From Anaeromyxobacter sp. (lineage in GTDB: Bacteria > Myxococcota > Myxococcia > Myxococcales > Anaeromyxobacteraceae): DNA of 64,000 nt. The position numbers and the translations under genes were made by a program. The stretch spans positions 64,001 to 128,000 of the forward strand of contig JASGJN010000023.1 in assembly GCA_049840735.1 (NCBI GenBank). The letters are read 5' to 3'. A model generated the notes under the pieces. It did not search any database, was not told the origin of the DNA, and was given only the letters and a program-made list of their open reading frames with translations. How positions within the stretch are numbered: the first letter of the stretch is position 1; the number at the start of each line of letters is the position of its first letter. Shown here in pieces: positions 20,857-29,245 of the stretch.

Positions 20857-21453
20857 CGGATTGGTCGGGGGCAGATCGGGCGCGGCTGCTGGACCTCCTG
20901 CGGTTGCTCTCCTTCGAGCGGCGCAAGGTGGTGCTGGCCTCGGGGCGCGAGAGCGACTTCTACATCGACTGCAAGCGCACCGCGCTCACCGCCGAGGGGC
21001 ACGTGCTCGTCGGCCGGCTGCTGCTGGAGCAGGTGCGCCAGCTCCCGCCGCCGGTGCGCGGCGTGGGCGGCCTCACGCTGGGCGCCGACCCCATCGCCAG
21101 CGCCGTGGCCACGGCCAGCTTCCTCGAGGTGGAGCGCGCGCGCGCCGCCGGGCAGGCCGAGCCGGCCGTCCACGACGCGTTCATCGTCCGCAAGGAGCCC
21201 AAGGGCCACGGCACCGGCCAGTGGATTCGAGGGGCGCAAGACCATCCCCGACGGCAGCCGGGTGGTGATCATCGAGGACGTGGTGACCACCGGCGGCAGC
21301 GCGCTCAAGGCCATCGCCCGCTGCCGCGAGGAGCAGCTGGTCCCGGTCGCCTGCCTGGCGCTGGTGGACCGCCTGGAGGGCGGGCGCGAGGCCATCGAGG
21401 CCGAGGGCGTGCCGCTCCACCCGCTCTTCACGCGGAAGGACTTCCTCCCGTGA
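20853..21453 (+). CDS. pyrE: Orotate phosphoribosyltransferase (+1 frameshift near 21226)
   Basis: LASGRESDFYID, GGLTLGADPI, VRKEPKGHGT, then IIEDVVTTGGS in the shifted frame. Confidence 0.92.
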
Positions 21454-22112
21454 CCCGCCGCCGGGCCGCTGCAGCGCTCGCCTTCGCCGTCCTGCTGGCC
21501 GGCGCCGGCGGGTGCTCGAAGTGGAAGAGCCTGGTGAAGTACGAGCCGCAGCCCGGACCGCGCGTGGGCGAGTGGTCCGACGTGCGCAAGGCCGTGACGC
21601 GGCGCGAGCAGCTCTACGACGGCTTCGACCACCGCGCCACCGCGACCGCCACCTACCTGAGCCCGGCGGTCCGCGTGGCCCGCACCAAGCGGCTCGCCGA
21701 GTGGCAGAGCTGGACCGACGCCGAGCTGGCGCGCGCGCTGACGGCGGAGAGGGCCGAGGCCGACCGGTACGAGGACTTCGTGGTGGCGTTCTACGCCGCC
21801 GATCCGAGGACCAACGACCTGGACGGCAAGCAGAGCGTCTGGCGCGTGGCGCTGGAGGTGGACGAGGGCGAGTTCCGCCCCGCCGAGATCCGGGCGCTCG
21901 ACATCGACGCCACGCTGCTCAACCTGTATCCGTACATCGGCAACTTCGACGTGGTGTACCGGGTCCGCTTCCCGCGCGCGCCCGGCGGCCCGCTGGGGGG
22001 GCGGATGGCGGTGCTGGAGATCGCCGGCGCGCTCGGCCAGATCAACCTGGACTTCGAGACCCCCGCCGCGGTCGCGCCGGAGTGGCCGCTGGAGCGGATC
22101 CCGGACCGGTGA
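21450..22112 (+). CDS. Putative lipoprotein
   Basis: GTG start overlapping the pyrE stop; signal peptide ending LLAGAGGC. Confidence 0.75.
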   Translation: MTRRRAAAALAFAVLLAGAGGCSKWKSLVKYEPQPGPRVGEWSDVRKAVTRREQLYDGFDHRATATATYLSPAVRVARTKRLAEWQSWTDAELARALTAERAEADRYEDFVVAFYAADPRTNDLDGKQSVWRVALEVDEGEFRPAEIRALDIDATLLNLYPYIGNFDVVYRVRFPRAPGGPLGGRMAVLEIAGALGQINLDFETPAAVAPEWPLERIPDR

Positions 22113-22141
22113 TCAGGACGGGGTGACCGGGCCTCGACGCT

Positions 22142-22190
22142 CCGTTCGTCCTGAGCGTAGCGCCCGCGAAGCGGGCGCGGAGTCGAAGGA
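22142..22190. repeat. Single REP unit between convergent genes
   Basis: CCGTTCGTCCTGAGCGTAGCGCCCGCGAAGCGGGCGCGGAGTCGAAGG. Confidence 0.85.
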
Positions 22191-22199
22191 CAGGGACCG

Positions 22200-23801
22200 C
22201 TACTCCAGGTCCCCCCGCGTGATCACCGTGTCGCGCAGCCAGCGGTCGTCGGCGTGCGGGTGGTCGAGCAGGGCGTGCAGCCCGCGCGACTCCTTCCGCT
22301 GCCGCGCGCACTCCACGATGAGCAGCGCCACGTCGGCCAGGTTGCGCAGCTCGATCAGGTCCGGCGTGAGCCGGTACTGCCAGTAGTACTCGCGGATCTC
22401 GCCGCGCAGCAGCGAGAGCCGCTGGCGGGCCCGGTCCAGCCGCTTCATGGTCCGGACGATGCCGACGTAGTTCCACATCAGCCGGCGGACCTCGTCCCAG
22501 TTGTGCGCGACGACCACGCCCTCCTCCGGCGCCAGCGCGTCGCCCGGGTTCCAGTCCGGCACCTGCTCGGCCGCCCCGCGGTCCAGCTCCTCCACCGCCC
22601 GGCGCGCCGCGCGCGCCCCGAACACCAGCCCCTCCAGCAGCGAGTTGGAGGCCAGCCGGTTGGCGCCGTGCAGGCCGGTGTGGCTCACCTCGCCCACCGC
22701 GTAGAGCCGGGGCAGGGAGGTGCGGCCCTCCAGGTCGGTGACCACGCCGCCGCACTGGTAGTGCGCGGCCGGCACCACCGGGATGGGCTGGACCGCCATG
22801 TCCACGCCGAACTCCTTGCAGGTGGCGTAGATGTGCGGGAAGTGCTCGAGCAGGAAGCCCTTGGGCAGGTGCGTCATGTCGAGGAAGGCGCACTCGTCGC
22901 CGCGCCGCTTCATCTCGGCGTCGATGGAGCGGGCCACCACGTCGCGCGGCGCCAGCTCCTTGCGCGCGTCGTAGCGGGACATGAAGGCCTCGCCCGCGCC
23001 GTTGCGCAGGATGCCGCCCTCGCCGCGGCAGGCCTCCGAGACCAGGAAGCTCTTGGCTTGCGGGTGGAACAGGCAGGTGGGGTGGAACTGGAAGAACTCG
23101 AGGTTGGCCACCGCCGCGCCGGCCCGGTAGGCCATGGCCACGCCGTCGCCGGTCGCGACGTCCGGGTTGCTGGTGTAGAGGTAGACCTTGCCGGCGCCTC
23201 CGGTGGCCAGCACCGTGGCGCGGGCCGCGATGGTCATGACCTGGCCGGAGGCGCGGTCCAGCACGTAGGCGCCCAGCACGCGGTTGGGCCCGCCCAGCCC
23301 GGCCTTGCCGCTGGTGAGCAGATCGACCGCGACCTGGTCGTCGAGGATGCGGACGCCGCGCGCGTCGCACTCGGCCAGCAGCACGTGCTCCACCTCGCGC
23401 CCGGTGGTGTCCTTCACGTGCGCCACGCGCCGGCGGGAGTGGCCCCCCTCGCGCGTCAGGTGGAGCCGCTCGGCGCCGTCCTGGTCGAAGTCCACGCCCA
23501 GCTTCTGGAGCCAGCGGATCCGATCCGGCCCCTCGCGCACGGTGACCTCGACCGCGTCGCGCTTGCAGAGCCCGGCGCCGGCCACCAGCGTGTCCTGGAT
23601 GTGCAGCTCGGGGCGGTCGTCCGCCCCCAGCACCCCGGCGATGCCGCCCTGGGCGTAGAAGGTGGACCCCTCGGAGCGCTGCCGCTTGGTCAGGACCAGC
23701 ACCGAGCCGTGCGCCGCGGCCTCCAGCGCGAAGGTGAGGCCGGCGATGCCGCCGCCCAGCACCAGGAAGTCCACGTTCGTGCGGGGACCGAGGGCCGTCA
23801 T
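22200..23801 (-). CDS. nadB: L-aspartate oxidase
   Basis: GGGIAGL, YAQGGIA, EGGHSRRRVAH, QFHPT, GLHGANRLASNSLLE, ESRGLH. Confidence 0.96.
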   Translation of the reverse strand: MTALGPRTNVDFLVLGGGIAGLTFALEAAAHGSVLVLTKRQRSEGSTFYAQGGIAGVLGADDRPELHIQDTLVAGAGLCKRDAVEVTVREGPDRIRWLQKLGVDFDQDGAERLHLTREGGHSRRRVAHVKDTTGREVEHVLLAECDARGVRILDDQVAVDLLTSGKAGLGGPNRVLGAYVLDRASGQVMTIAARATVLATGGAGKVYLYTSNPDVATGDGVAMAYRAGAAVANLEFFQFHPTCLFHPQAKSFLVSEACRGEGGILRNGAGEAFMSRYDARKELAPRDVVARSIDAEMKRRGDECAFLDMTHLPKGFLLEHFPHIYATCKEFGVDMAVQPIPVVPAAHYQCGGVVTDLEGRTSLPRLYAVGEVSHTGLHGANRLASNSLLEGLVFGARAARRAVEELDRGAAEQVPDWNPGDALAPEEGVVVAHNWDEVRRLMWNYVGIVRTMKRLDRARQRLSLLRGEIREYYWQYRLTPDLIELRNLADVALLIVECARQRKESRGLHALLDHPHADDRWLRDTVITRGDLE

Positions 23802-23875
23802 GGAGGCTGGTGTAGCACACGGCCAGGGAAGAAAGTTGTCCGGTCCAGCGTACTGCTGGTAGGTTTTTCTGCTGG

Positions 23876-24502
23876 ATGCGTCCCCTCCGCGCCCTCGTCG
23901 CCGCGGCCCTGCTCGGGCCCATGCTCGCGCCAGCGGCGCGCGCCGGGGATCTCTACTCCTACGTGGACGGCGACGGGGTCCTCCACTTCTCCAACGCGCC
24001 GTCCGACGCGAAGTACCGCAAGGTCCGCCGCGCCACGCAGAGCTCCGCCGGCATCTACCGGCCGGACGGGCAGGCGACCTCCCGCCCGCTCCCCCGCGGC
24101 GAGACCGTGGCCCAGTTCCGGGCGCACGTGAAGGCCGCCGCCGCGAAGTACAACCTCCCCGAGGCGCTGCTGCTGGCGGTCATGTCGGTCGAGTCCAACT
24201 GCGACCCGCGCGCCGTCTCCGAGAAGGGGGCGATGGGGCTCATGCAGCTCATGCCCGGCACGGCGCGGGACATGTACGTGGAGGACGCCTACGAGCCGGC
24301 CCAGAACATCGACGGCGGCGCGCGCTACCTGCGCATCCTCGCGAACCAGTACCGCGGCGACATGATCCAGACGCTGGCCGCCTACAACGCCGGGCCGGAG
24401 GCGGTGCGCCGCGCCGGCGGGCAGGTGCCGAACATCCCCGAGACGCAGGCGTACGTCCGCAAGGTCATCGCGCTGTACGAGGCGTTCAAGGCGGGGCTGT
24501 AG
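23876..24502 (+). CDS. Lytic transglycosylase (SLT) with DUF4124-like N-terminus
   Basis: YSYVDGDGVLHFSN; VES, GAMGLMQLMP, LAAYNAG, ETQAYV. Confidence 0.92.
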   Translation: MRPLRALVAAALLGPMLAPAARAGDLYSYVDGDGVLHFSNAPSDAKYRKVRRATQSSAGIYRPDGQATSRPLPRGETVAQFRAHVKAAAAKYNLPEALLLAVMSVESNCDPRAVSEKGAMGLMQLMPGTARDMYVEDAYEPAQNIDGGARYLRILANQYRGDMIQTLAAYNAGPEAVRRAGGQVPNIPETQAYVRKVIALYEAFKAGL

Positions 24503-24504
24503 CC

Positions 24505-25731
24505 GTGGTCCGCCACGGCGCCGGCGACGACGGGCTCGGGCTCGACGACGCGATCGAGCAGCACCTGCGCCGCGGGGCCGAGCGGCTCGCGCGCGGGGAC
24601 GTGGACGGCGCCGCCGAGGCCCTCGAGCAGGCGCGCGCGCTGCGCCCCGACGACGTGCAGGTGATGGGGCTGGCCGGCCAGGTGGCCTACCGCCGCGGCG
24701 ACTGGGCCGTGGCCGTGGAGGCCTGGCAGACGCTGGTGGACGCGAACCCCGGCGAGCCGGCCGCGCGCGTGAACCTCGGGCTGGCGCTGCTGCGCGGCCG
24801 CCGCCACGCCGAGGCGGTGCGGCAGCTGGAGGTGGCGCTGGAGCTGGCGCCCGACCACCGCCGCGCCATGAACTACCTCGGGCTGGCGCTGCTCGAGTGC
24901 AACGACCCGCGCCGCGCCCGCACCTGGTTCGTGCGGGCCGGCAGCGACCAGATGGTGGCGCGCTGCGACGAGCGGCTGGGGCTGCCCAACCTGCGCCGCC
25001 GGCCGGCGCCGGACGACGCCGCCGCCGAGGCCCGCCCCGAGCCCATGCCCGGCCCCGGGCGCCCGGGCGAGGAGGTGGCCTTCGCCGAGCTGCCGCTGGC
25101 CGGGAGCCCGGCGCCGACCGCCTCGCTGGACGTGTGCGACGGGCTGCTGGTGGTGCGCGCCGGCGCGCGGGTCAGGCTCTCCGGGTGGGTGGCGACCGAG
25201 GGGCCGCTCTTGCCGGTGCCCGAGGTGCGCTGGAGCGCCGGCCTGCCCACCGAGGTGCCGTTCGGCGGCGGGGCCGACCAGCTGCACCGGCTGCAGGGCG
25301 AGGGGCTGCTGCGCGTCGCCCCTGGGCCCGGGAGCCGCTTCACGCTGACCGCCTTGGTAGGCGAGCCCGCCTGGCTTCGCGAGGCCGCCGTGGCCGCCCT
25401 GGACGGCCAGGTGGCGTTCGAGAATGGGCTGCTGCCCGGGGTGGGTGGGGTGGAGGTGGTGGAGGTGCGCGGCCCCGGCGCGGCGGTGATCCGGTCGCGC
25501 GGCGCGCCGGTGGTGCTGGCCGTGTCGCCGGGCGCGCCGGTGCAGGTGCAGGCCCGGGCGCTGCTGGCCTGGTCCGGCGCCCTGGCCGCCCGCGGCCTGC
25601 CGTCGCCCGCCCTCCGGGAGGCCCAGGGTGAGCGGGAAGAGGAGTGGCCGCCAGCCGTGGAGCTGTCCGGCGAGGGGCGGGTGGTGATCGATCCAGGCGC
25701 GCCGGGCGCGCCGGACGGAGGCGGCGCGTGA
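24505..25731 (+). CDS. TPR protein with AIM24-like C-terminal domain
   Basis: N-terminal TPRs (ARVNLGLAL, AMNYLGLAL); C-terminal beta-rich region (FENG, GEGRVVI). Confidence 0.65.
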   Translation: MVRHGAGDDGLGLDDAIEQHLRRGAERLARGDVDGAAEALEQARALRPDDVQVMGLAGQVAYRRGDWAVAVEAWQTLVDANPGEPAARVNLGLALLRGRRHAEAVRQLEVALELAPDHRRAMNYLGLALLECNDPRRARTWFVRAGSDQMVARCDERLGLPNLRRRPAPDDAAAEARPEPMPGPGRPGEEVAFAELPLAGSPAPTASLDVCDGLLVVRAGARVRLSGWVATEGPLLPVPEVRWSAGLPTEVPFGGGADQLHRLQGEGLLRVAPGPGSRFTLTALVGEPAWLREAAVAALDGQVAFENGLLPGVGGVEVVEVRGPGAAVIRSRGAPVVLAVSPGAPVQVQARALLAWSGALAARGLPSPALREAQGEREEEWPPAVELSGEGRVVIDPGAPGAPDGGGA

Positions 25732-26336
25732 CCCAGCGTTCCCTGCGGCACGAGTTCCTGAACCTGCCCAACGCGATCACGCTGACGCGGATCGCGCTCA
25801 TCCCCGTGTTCCTGTGGTTCACGTTCAACGGGGCGCGGCTGGAGTCGTTCGTGGGCGCGCTGATCTACGCCGCCACCGGCGCCACCGACTTCCTCGACGG
25901 CTGGGTCGCGCGCCGGAACAACCTGGTCACCGTGATCGGCAAGTTCCTCGACCCGCTGGCCGACAAGCTGATCGTGATGGCCGCGCTGGTGACCCTGGTG
26001 CACCTCGGCCGCGTGGCGGCCTGGGTGGTGATCTTCATCATGGCCCGCGAGTTCATCGTCACCGGCCTGCGGACCATCGCCATGAGCGAGGGGATCGTGA
26101 TCGCCGCTGGGCAGGAGGGGAAGCACAAGACCGCCTTCCAGGTCGCCTCCATCACCTTCCTGATCCTGCACTACCGCTACCCCATCGACGCCGGCGCCTT
26201 CACGTTCGAGATGGACGCCAACCGGGTGGGGACCTGGCTGCTCTACATCTCGCTGTTCTTCTCGGTGACCTCGGCCGTCGGGTACTTCAGCGGCTTCATC
26301 AAGGCCGTGTACGCCCCCCCGGCGAAAGACGCTTGA
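25728..26336 (+). CDS. pgsA: CDP-diacylglycerol--glycerol-3-phosphate 3-phosphatidyltransferase
   Basis: NLPNAITLTRI, TDFLDGWVAR..GKFLDPLADK; followed by tRNA-Gly. Confidence 0.95.
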   Translation: MTQRSLRHEFLNLPNAITLTRIALIPVFLWFTFNGARLESFVGALIYAATGATDFLDGWVARRNNLVTVIGKFLDPLADKLIVMAALVTLVHLGRVAAWVVIFIMAREFIVTGLRTIAMSEGIVIAAGQEGKHKTAFQVASITFLILHYRYPIDAGAFTFEMDANRVGTWLLYISLFFSVTSAVGYFSGFIKAVYAPPAKDA

Positions 26337-26362
26337 CACCCCCCCGGCTGGCCTTCTATAAA
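26333..26362 (+). promoter_or_regulatory. sigma70 promoter for tRNA-Gly
   Basis: TTGACA(26333)-N18-TATAAA(26357). Confidence 0.7.
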
Positions 26363-26389
26363 CCGCGTCCTCGCAACGCGAGAAGCTTC

Positions 26390-26464
26390 GCGGGAATAGC
26401 TCAGCGGTAGAGCATCGCCTTGCCAAGGCGAGGGTCGACGGTTCAAATCCGTTTTCCCGCTCCA
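26390..26464 (+). tRNA. tRNA-Gly(GCC)
   Basis: GCGGGAA acceptor stem pairing with TTCCCGC-T-CCA; anticodon loop TTGCCAA; GGTTCAAATCC T-arm. Confidence 0.97.
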
Positions 26465-26468
26465 TCTT

Positions 26469-26509
26469 GCCCCCGGTTTCCACCTTGGAGACCGGGGGCT
26501 TCTTCTTTT
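26469..26509 (+). terminator. Intrinsic terminator after the tRNA
   Basis: GCCCCCGGTTTCCA-CCT-TGGAGACCGGGGGC hairpin followed by TTCTTCTTTT. Confidence 0.8.
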
Positions 26510-26614
26510 CCGGCGCCGCGCACGCGGACCTGAGCCCAGGGCTCGGACTTGATTAGGGCCGATGTGGTCACCGCGGCCTGGGGGTCGGGACCGCGGGCCT
26601 CGGGTCGATAGGGG

Positions 26615-26685
26615 TGATCGGCATGCGCCGGAATCGGTGATCGGCTTGCTCCGGAATCGGTGATCGGCATGGGCCGGTGCACGCA
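26615..26685 (-). mobile_element. IS21-family terminal repeat (three 23-bp units ending in 5'-TG)
   Basis: TGATCGGC-N5-CCGGAATCGG units at 26615, 26638, 26661; reverse strand starts TGCGT..CCGG..ATGCCGATCACCGATTCCGG, the multi-repeat end typical of IS21 elements. Confidence 0.7.
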
Positions 26686-26967
26686 CTCTTCCGCTGCTCG
26701 GGTGCGTTCGCCATCCGCCTGTCTCTGCAAGAGGGTTTCAGCCTCGGCTGAAAGGCTGGCGGGGCGTCTCCGCAATGTCTCCGCGCGCTCGACCGTCCGG
26801 CTGCCGGATGCCCACGGTCTGGGTGACCTCGCGCTACTCCCCGAGCGAGGTCAGCCGCTCGACCGCGTAGTTGCCGTGACCCTCCCTGCGCATGTCCATC
26901 GACTCGTCGCGGCACTCGCCGCAGCGCTAGCGCACAGTGCGTAGCGCTCGAGGACGAGCATCTTGCT

Positions 26968-27154
26968 TCACGACCGCTTCTTCCGACGCCGAGTCGCGGT
27001 CACCTCCTCTGCCGCCTCCCGCTTGCGGTAGCTCTCGCCCTCAATGCTGATGCATCCGCTCGTGGAAGCGGATGTGATCGCCGGCCCGCTCCAGGACGAC
27101 GCTCTTCAGGCTGTCGTAGAGGATCGCCCTCGGTAAGCCGCCGAGCGCGTTGAA
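26968..27154 (-). pseudogene. IS21 remnant: internal istA fragment joined to the istB 3' end
   Basis: [32 protein letters not shown] (IstA-like), then [13 protein letters not shown]...RRKKRS* (IstB C-terminus). Confidence 0.75.
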
Positions 27155-27214
27155 CCCTTCGGCCATCTCCCACGGTGGGCCGGCTTGGGTTCGTTCGTCT
27201 CTGAACGGCTCGCT

Positions 27215-27724
27215 TCAGAAGGGGTCGTCGCCTTCCGGGAACCGACGTAGAACCCGGTCCACATCCTTCGCCACCTCCTCTGTGGAGGGGAGGTCGAATG
27301 CAGGCGGGACGGGGCTGACCAGGCGAAACCCAAGGGCCGCCCAGTCCGCGAAGCTCGGCGCCTGAACGAGGAACTCGTCTCGATCGAGTGCGCCGAAGCC
27401 CACGCGAACCACCGGCCAGCGCTCCGGTTCGGGAGCGGCGGACATGTCCAGCACGATGGCGTCGTCACCGCCGTCCGATCCTACGGCAAAGGTCTCAGGG
27501 AGCCAGCGCTGGATGCCGTATCCGGCATTCGACCCTGGTACCTCGGTGGCGGACCAGAGGCGCAAGCGATCGCCGCCCAGGTCGTGCACGCCTCGCTCTG
27601 CGCCGTCCGTTTCCAGCAGGAACTCGAGGTATCGGGGCGGCAAGTCTCTCCCGAGCCAGCGCCTGAGGTCTGCGATGGCCGCTTCGGTGGCCGGCGGGCG
27701 CTGAACCTGAAAATGTTCCTTCAC
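27215..27724 (-). CDS. SMI1/KNR4 (SUKH) family immunity protein
   Basis: PPATEAAIA...LG..LP..Y.EFL...DG, LWS, AVGSDGG; RBS GGAGG. Confidence 0.85.
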   Translation of the reverse strand: MKEHFQVQRPPATEAAIADLRRWLGRDLPPRYLEFLLETDGAERGVHDLGGDRLRLWSATEVPGSNAGYGIQRWLPETFAVGSDGGDDAIVLDMSAAPEPERWPVVRVGFGALDRDEFLVQAPSFADWAALGFRLVSPVPPAFDLPSTEEVAKDVDRVLRRFPEGDDPF

Positions 27725-27778
27725 GGCGCACCTCCTCCTGCGCTTCTACCCGGACCTGGTCGAGGCGGCCAGCGCAGC

Positions 27779-29245
27779 TCAGTCGCCGCGCTCGCCGTCA
27801 CCGGGCAGCGGCGCGCGCCGCGCCAGCACCCGCTCCACCTCCCGCGCCAGCTCCGCCACGGAGGTGCCGGGGGCCTCGGGGTGGCGCCGGATCCTGGCGA
27901 AGACCCGCTCCAGGCGCTCGACGGTGGCGTCGTCGCGCCGCTCGGGCTCGGGGGCGGCGGCCGCGACCACGTCGGCGCCTCGCCGCGCGTGCGAACGCGC
28001 CGCGACGGCGGCGTGGTGCAGGGCGGCGCGCTCCAGCAGCACCCAGGGGAAGCTGGCCCCGTCGTGCGGTCCGATGACGAGGCGGGTGGTGCGCGAGGAG
28101 GTGAAGAGCGCGTCGAGGGCCCGCCGCATCGAGGCGACGGGGCCGGCCTCGTGGGCGCGGAGCCGCCGCCGGGAGAGGTTCCAGGCGGCGGCGCCGGCCC
28201 CCACCGCGGCGCCGATGGCGGCGCCTGCGCCCAGGCTCGCGCCGCCCGTCGCCGCGTCGGCGGCGAGGCCGGTGGCGGCGCCCGCCATGGCCGCGGCCAC
28301 CACCTGCTGCCGCGGCGAGAGGCCCAGCGTCGTCCAGGTGTCCTCGGCGAACAGATCCCGCAGCCAGACCGGCGCCGCGAGCGCGCCGGCCTCCACGGTC
28401 CCCGGGGCGAAGCCGTAGAGCTGCTCCACCGCTGCCCTGGCCTCGGCCTCGCGCCTGGAGAGGTGGCGGTGGAACCGCTCCTCGAGCTCGGCGCGCCGGG
28501 GCTCCAGCGGCTCGTCGCGGTCCACGCTGAGCTCCTCGGCGTGGGTGAGCTGGTCCACCAGGAGGCGCGCCACGATCGTGGCCGCCTGGGACCGGAGCGC
28601 GGACCGCCGGCGCCCCAGGGCGCGCTCCACCTCCGCGAGCGCCGGGCGCCAGGCCGGCCTGGCCAGCGCCACCGCCTCCAGCAGCGCCGCCCGCCCGGCG
28701 GGACCGGGCACGGTCAGATCGAGGGCTAGGCGGCTCGGGTACCGGTCGGCCAGCGCCGCGAGCCAGGCCGCGCAGTGATCCTCGCTGCCGCCGGCGCGAA
28801 CCACCAGCAGCACCCCGGGCGGCCCTGCCCAGGCCAGGAGGTCGGCGTCGGCGAGGTGGTTCGGGCGGAACGGACGGGAGCCGTCGACGACGTGAACCGG
28901 GCAGGCGCCAGCGGCGACGGCCTCGAGCGCGCTCCGCTCCGCGGCGAACTCCGCGCCCGCGTGAGCGGCAAGGAGATCGAGCGCCCGGGCCCGGCGCGCC
29001 TCCGGCGTGGCCAGCGCCGCGCCCATCCAGTGGAGGGCGCGCGCGGCGTCCTCCATCCCGGGCAAATCCACCACCTCCAGGAGCGGCGTCCCATCGGCGG
29101 GCAGCGGCCAGCGGCGCGGCGCGGCGGTGGTGAAGGGGGCCGCGCCGATGCCGGTCTCCGCCTGGACCAGGGCGGCGACTGCGCTCGAGGTCCCCTGGCC
29201 CGGGCGGCCCACGAACGCGAGCACGAGCGGCGCCGGCGCGTTCAC
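27779..29245 (-). CDS. GTPase-like/DUF3482 domain protein with degenerate P-loop
   Basis: FVGRPGQGTSS (Lys missing), FTT, DLPGMED; Gly/Ala-rich hydrophobic hairpin GAATGLAADAATGGASLGAGAAIG. Confidence 0.75.
   Translation of the reverse strand: MNAPAPLVLAFVGRPGQGTSSAVAALVQAETGIGAAPFTTAAPRRWPLPADGTPLLEVVDLPGMEDAARALHWMGAALATPEARRARALDLLAAHAGAEFAAERSALEAVAAGACPVHVVDGSRPFRPNHLADADLLAWAGPPGVLLVVRAGGSEDHCAAWLAALADRYPSRLALDLTVPGPAGRAALLEAVALARPAWRPALAEVERALGRRRSALRSQAATIVARLLVDQLTHAEELSVDRDEPLEPRRAELEERFHRHLSRREAEARAAVEQLYGFAPGTVEAGALAAPVWLRDLFAEDTWTTLGLSPRQQVVAAAMAGAATGLAADAATGGASLGAGAAIGAAVGAGAAAWNLSRRRLRAHEAGPVASMRRALDALFTSSRTTRLVIGPHDGASFPWVLLERAALHHAAVAARSHARRGADVVAAAAPEPERRDDATVERLERVFARIRRHPEAPGTSVAELAREVERVLARRAPLPGDGERGD

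Noticed and set aside
20853..22112. PyrE-lipoprotein fusion (419 aa)
   Set aside because: Artefact of the +1 frameshift; the pyrE C-terminus is in another frame and the lipoprotein has its own signal peptide
26615..26685. 23-bp tandem repeats as a mini CRISPR array or iterons
   Set aside because: Units are contiguous with only 5 variable nt, there are no cas or rep genes, and the pattern fits an IS21 end near ist fragments
27085..27093. CCCGCTCCA as a duplicated tRNA 3' end (attR)
   Set aside because: Only 9 bp and inside the istA-like coding fragment; no longer att copy or integrase was seen
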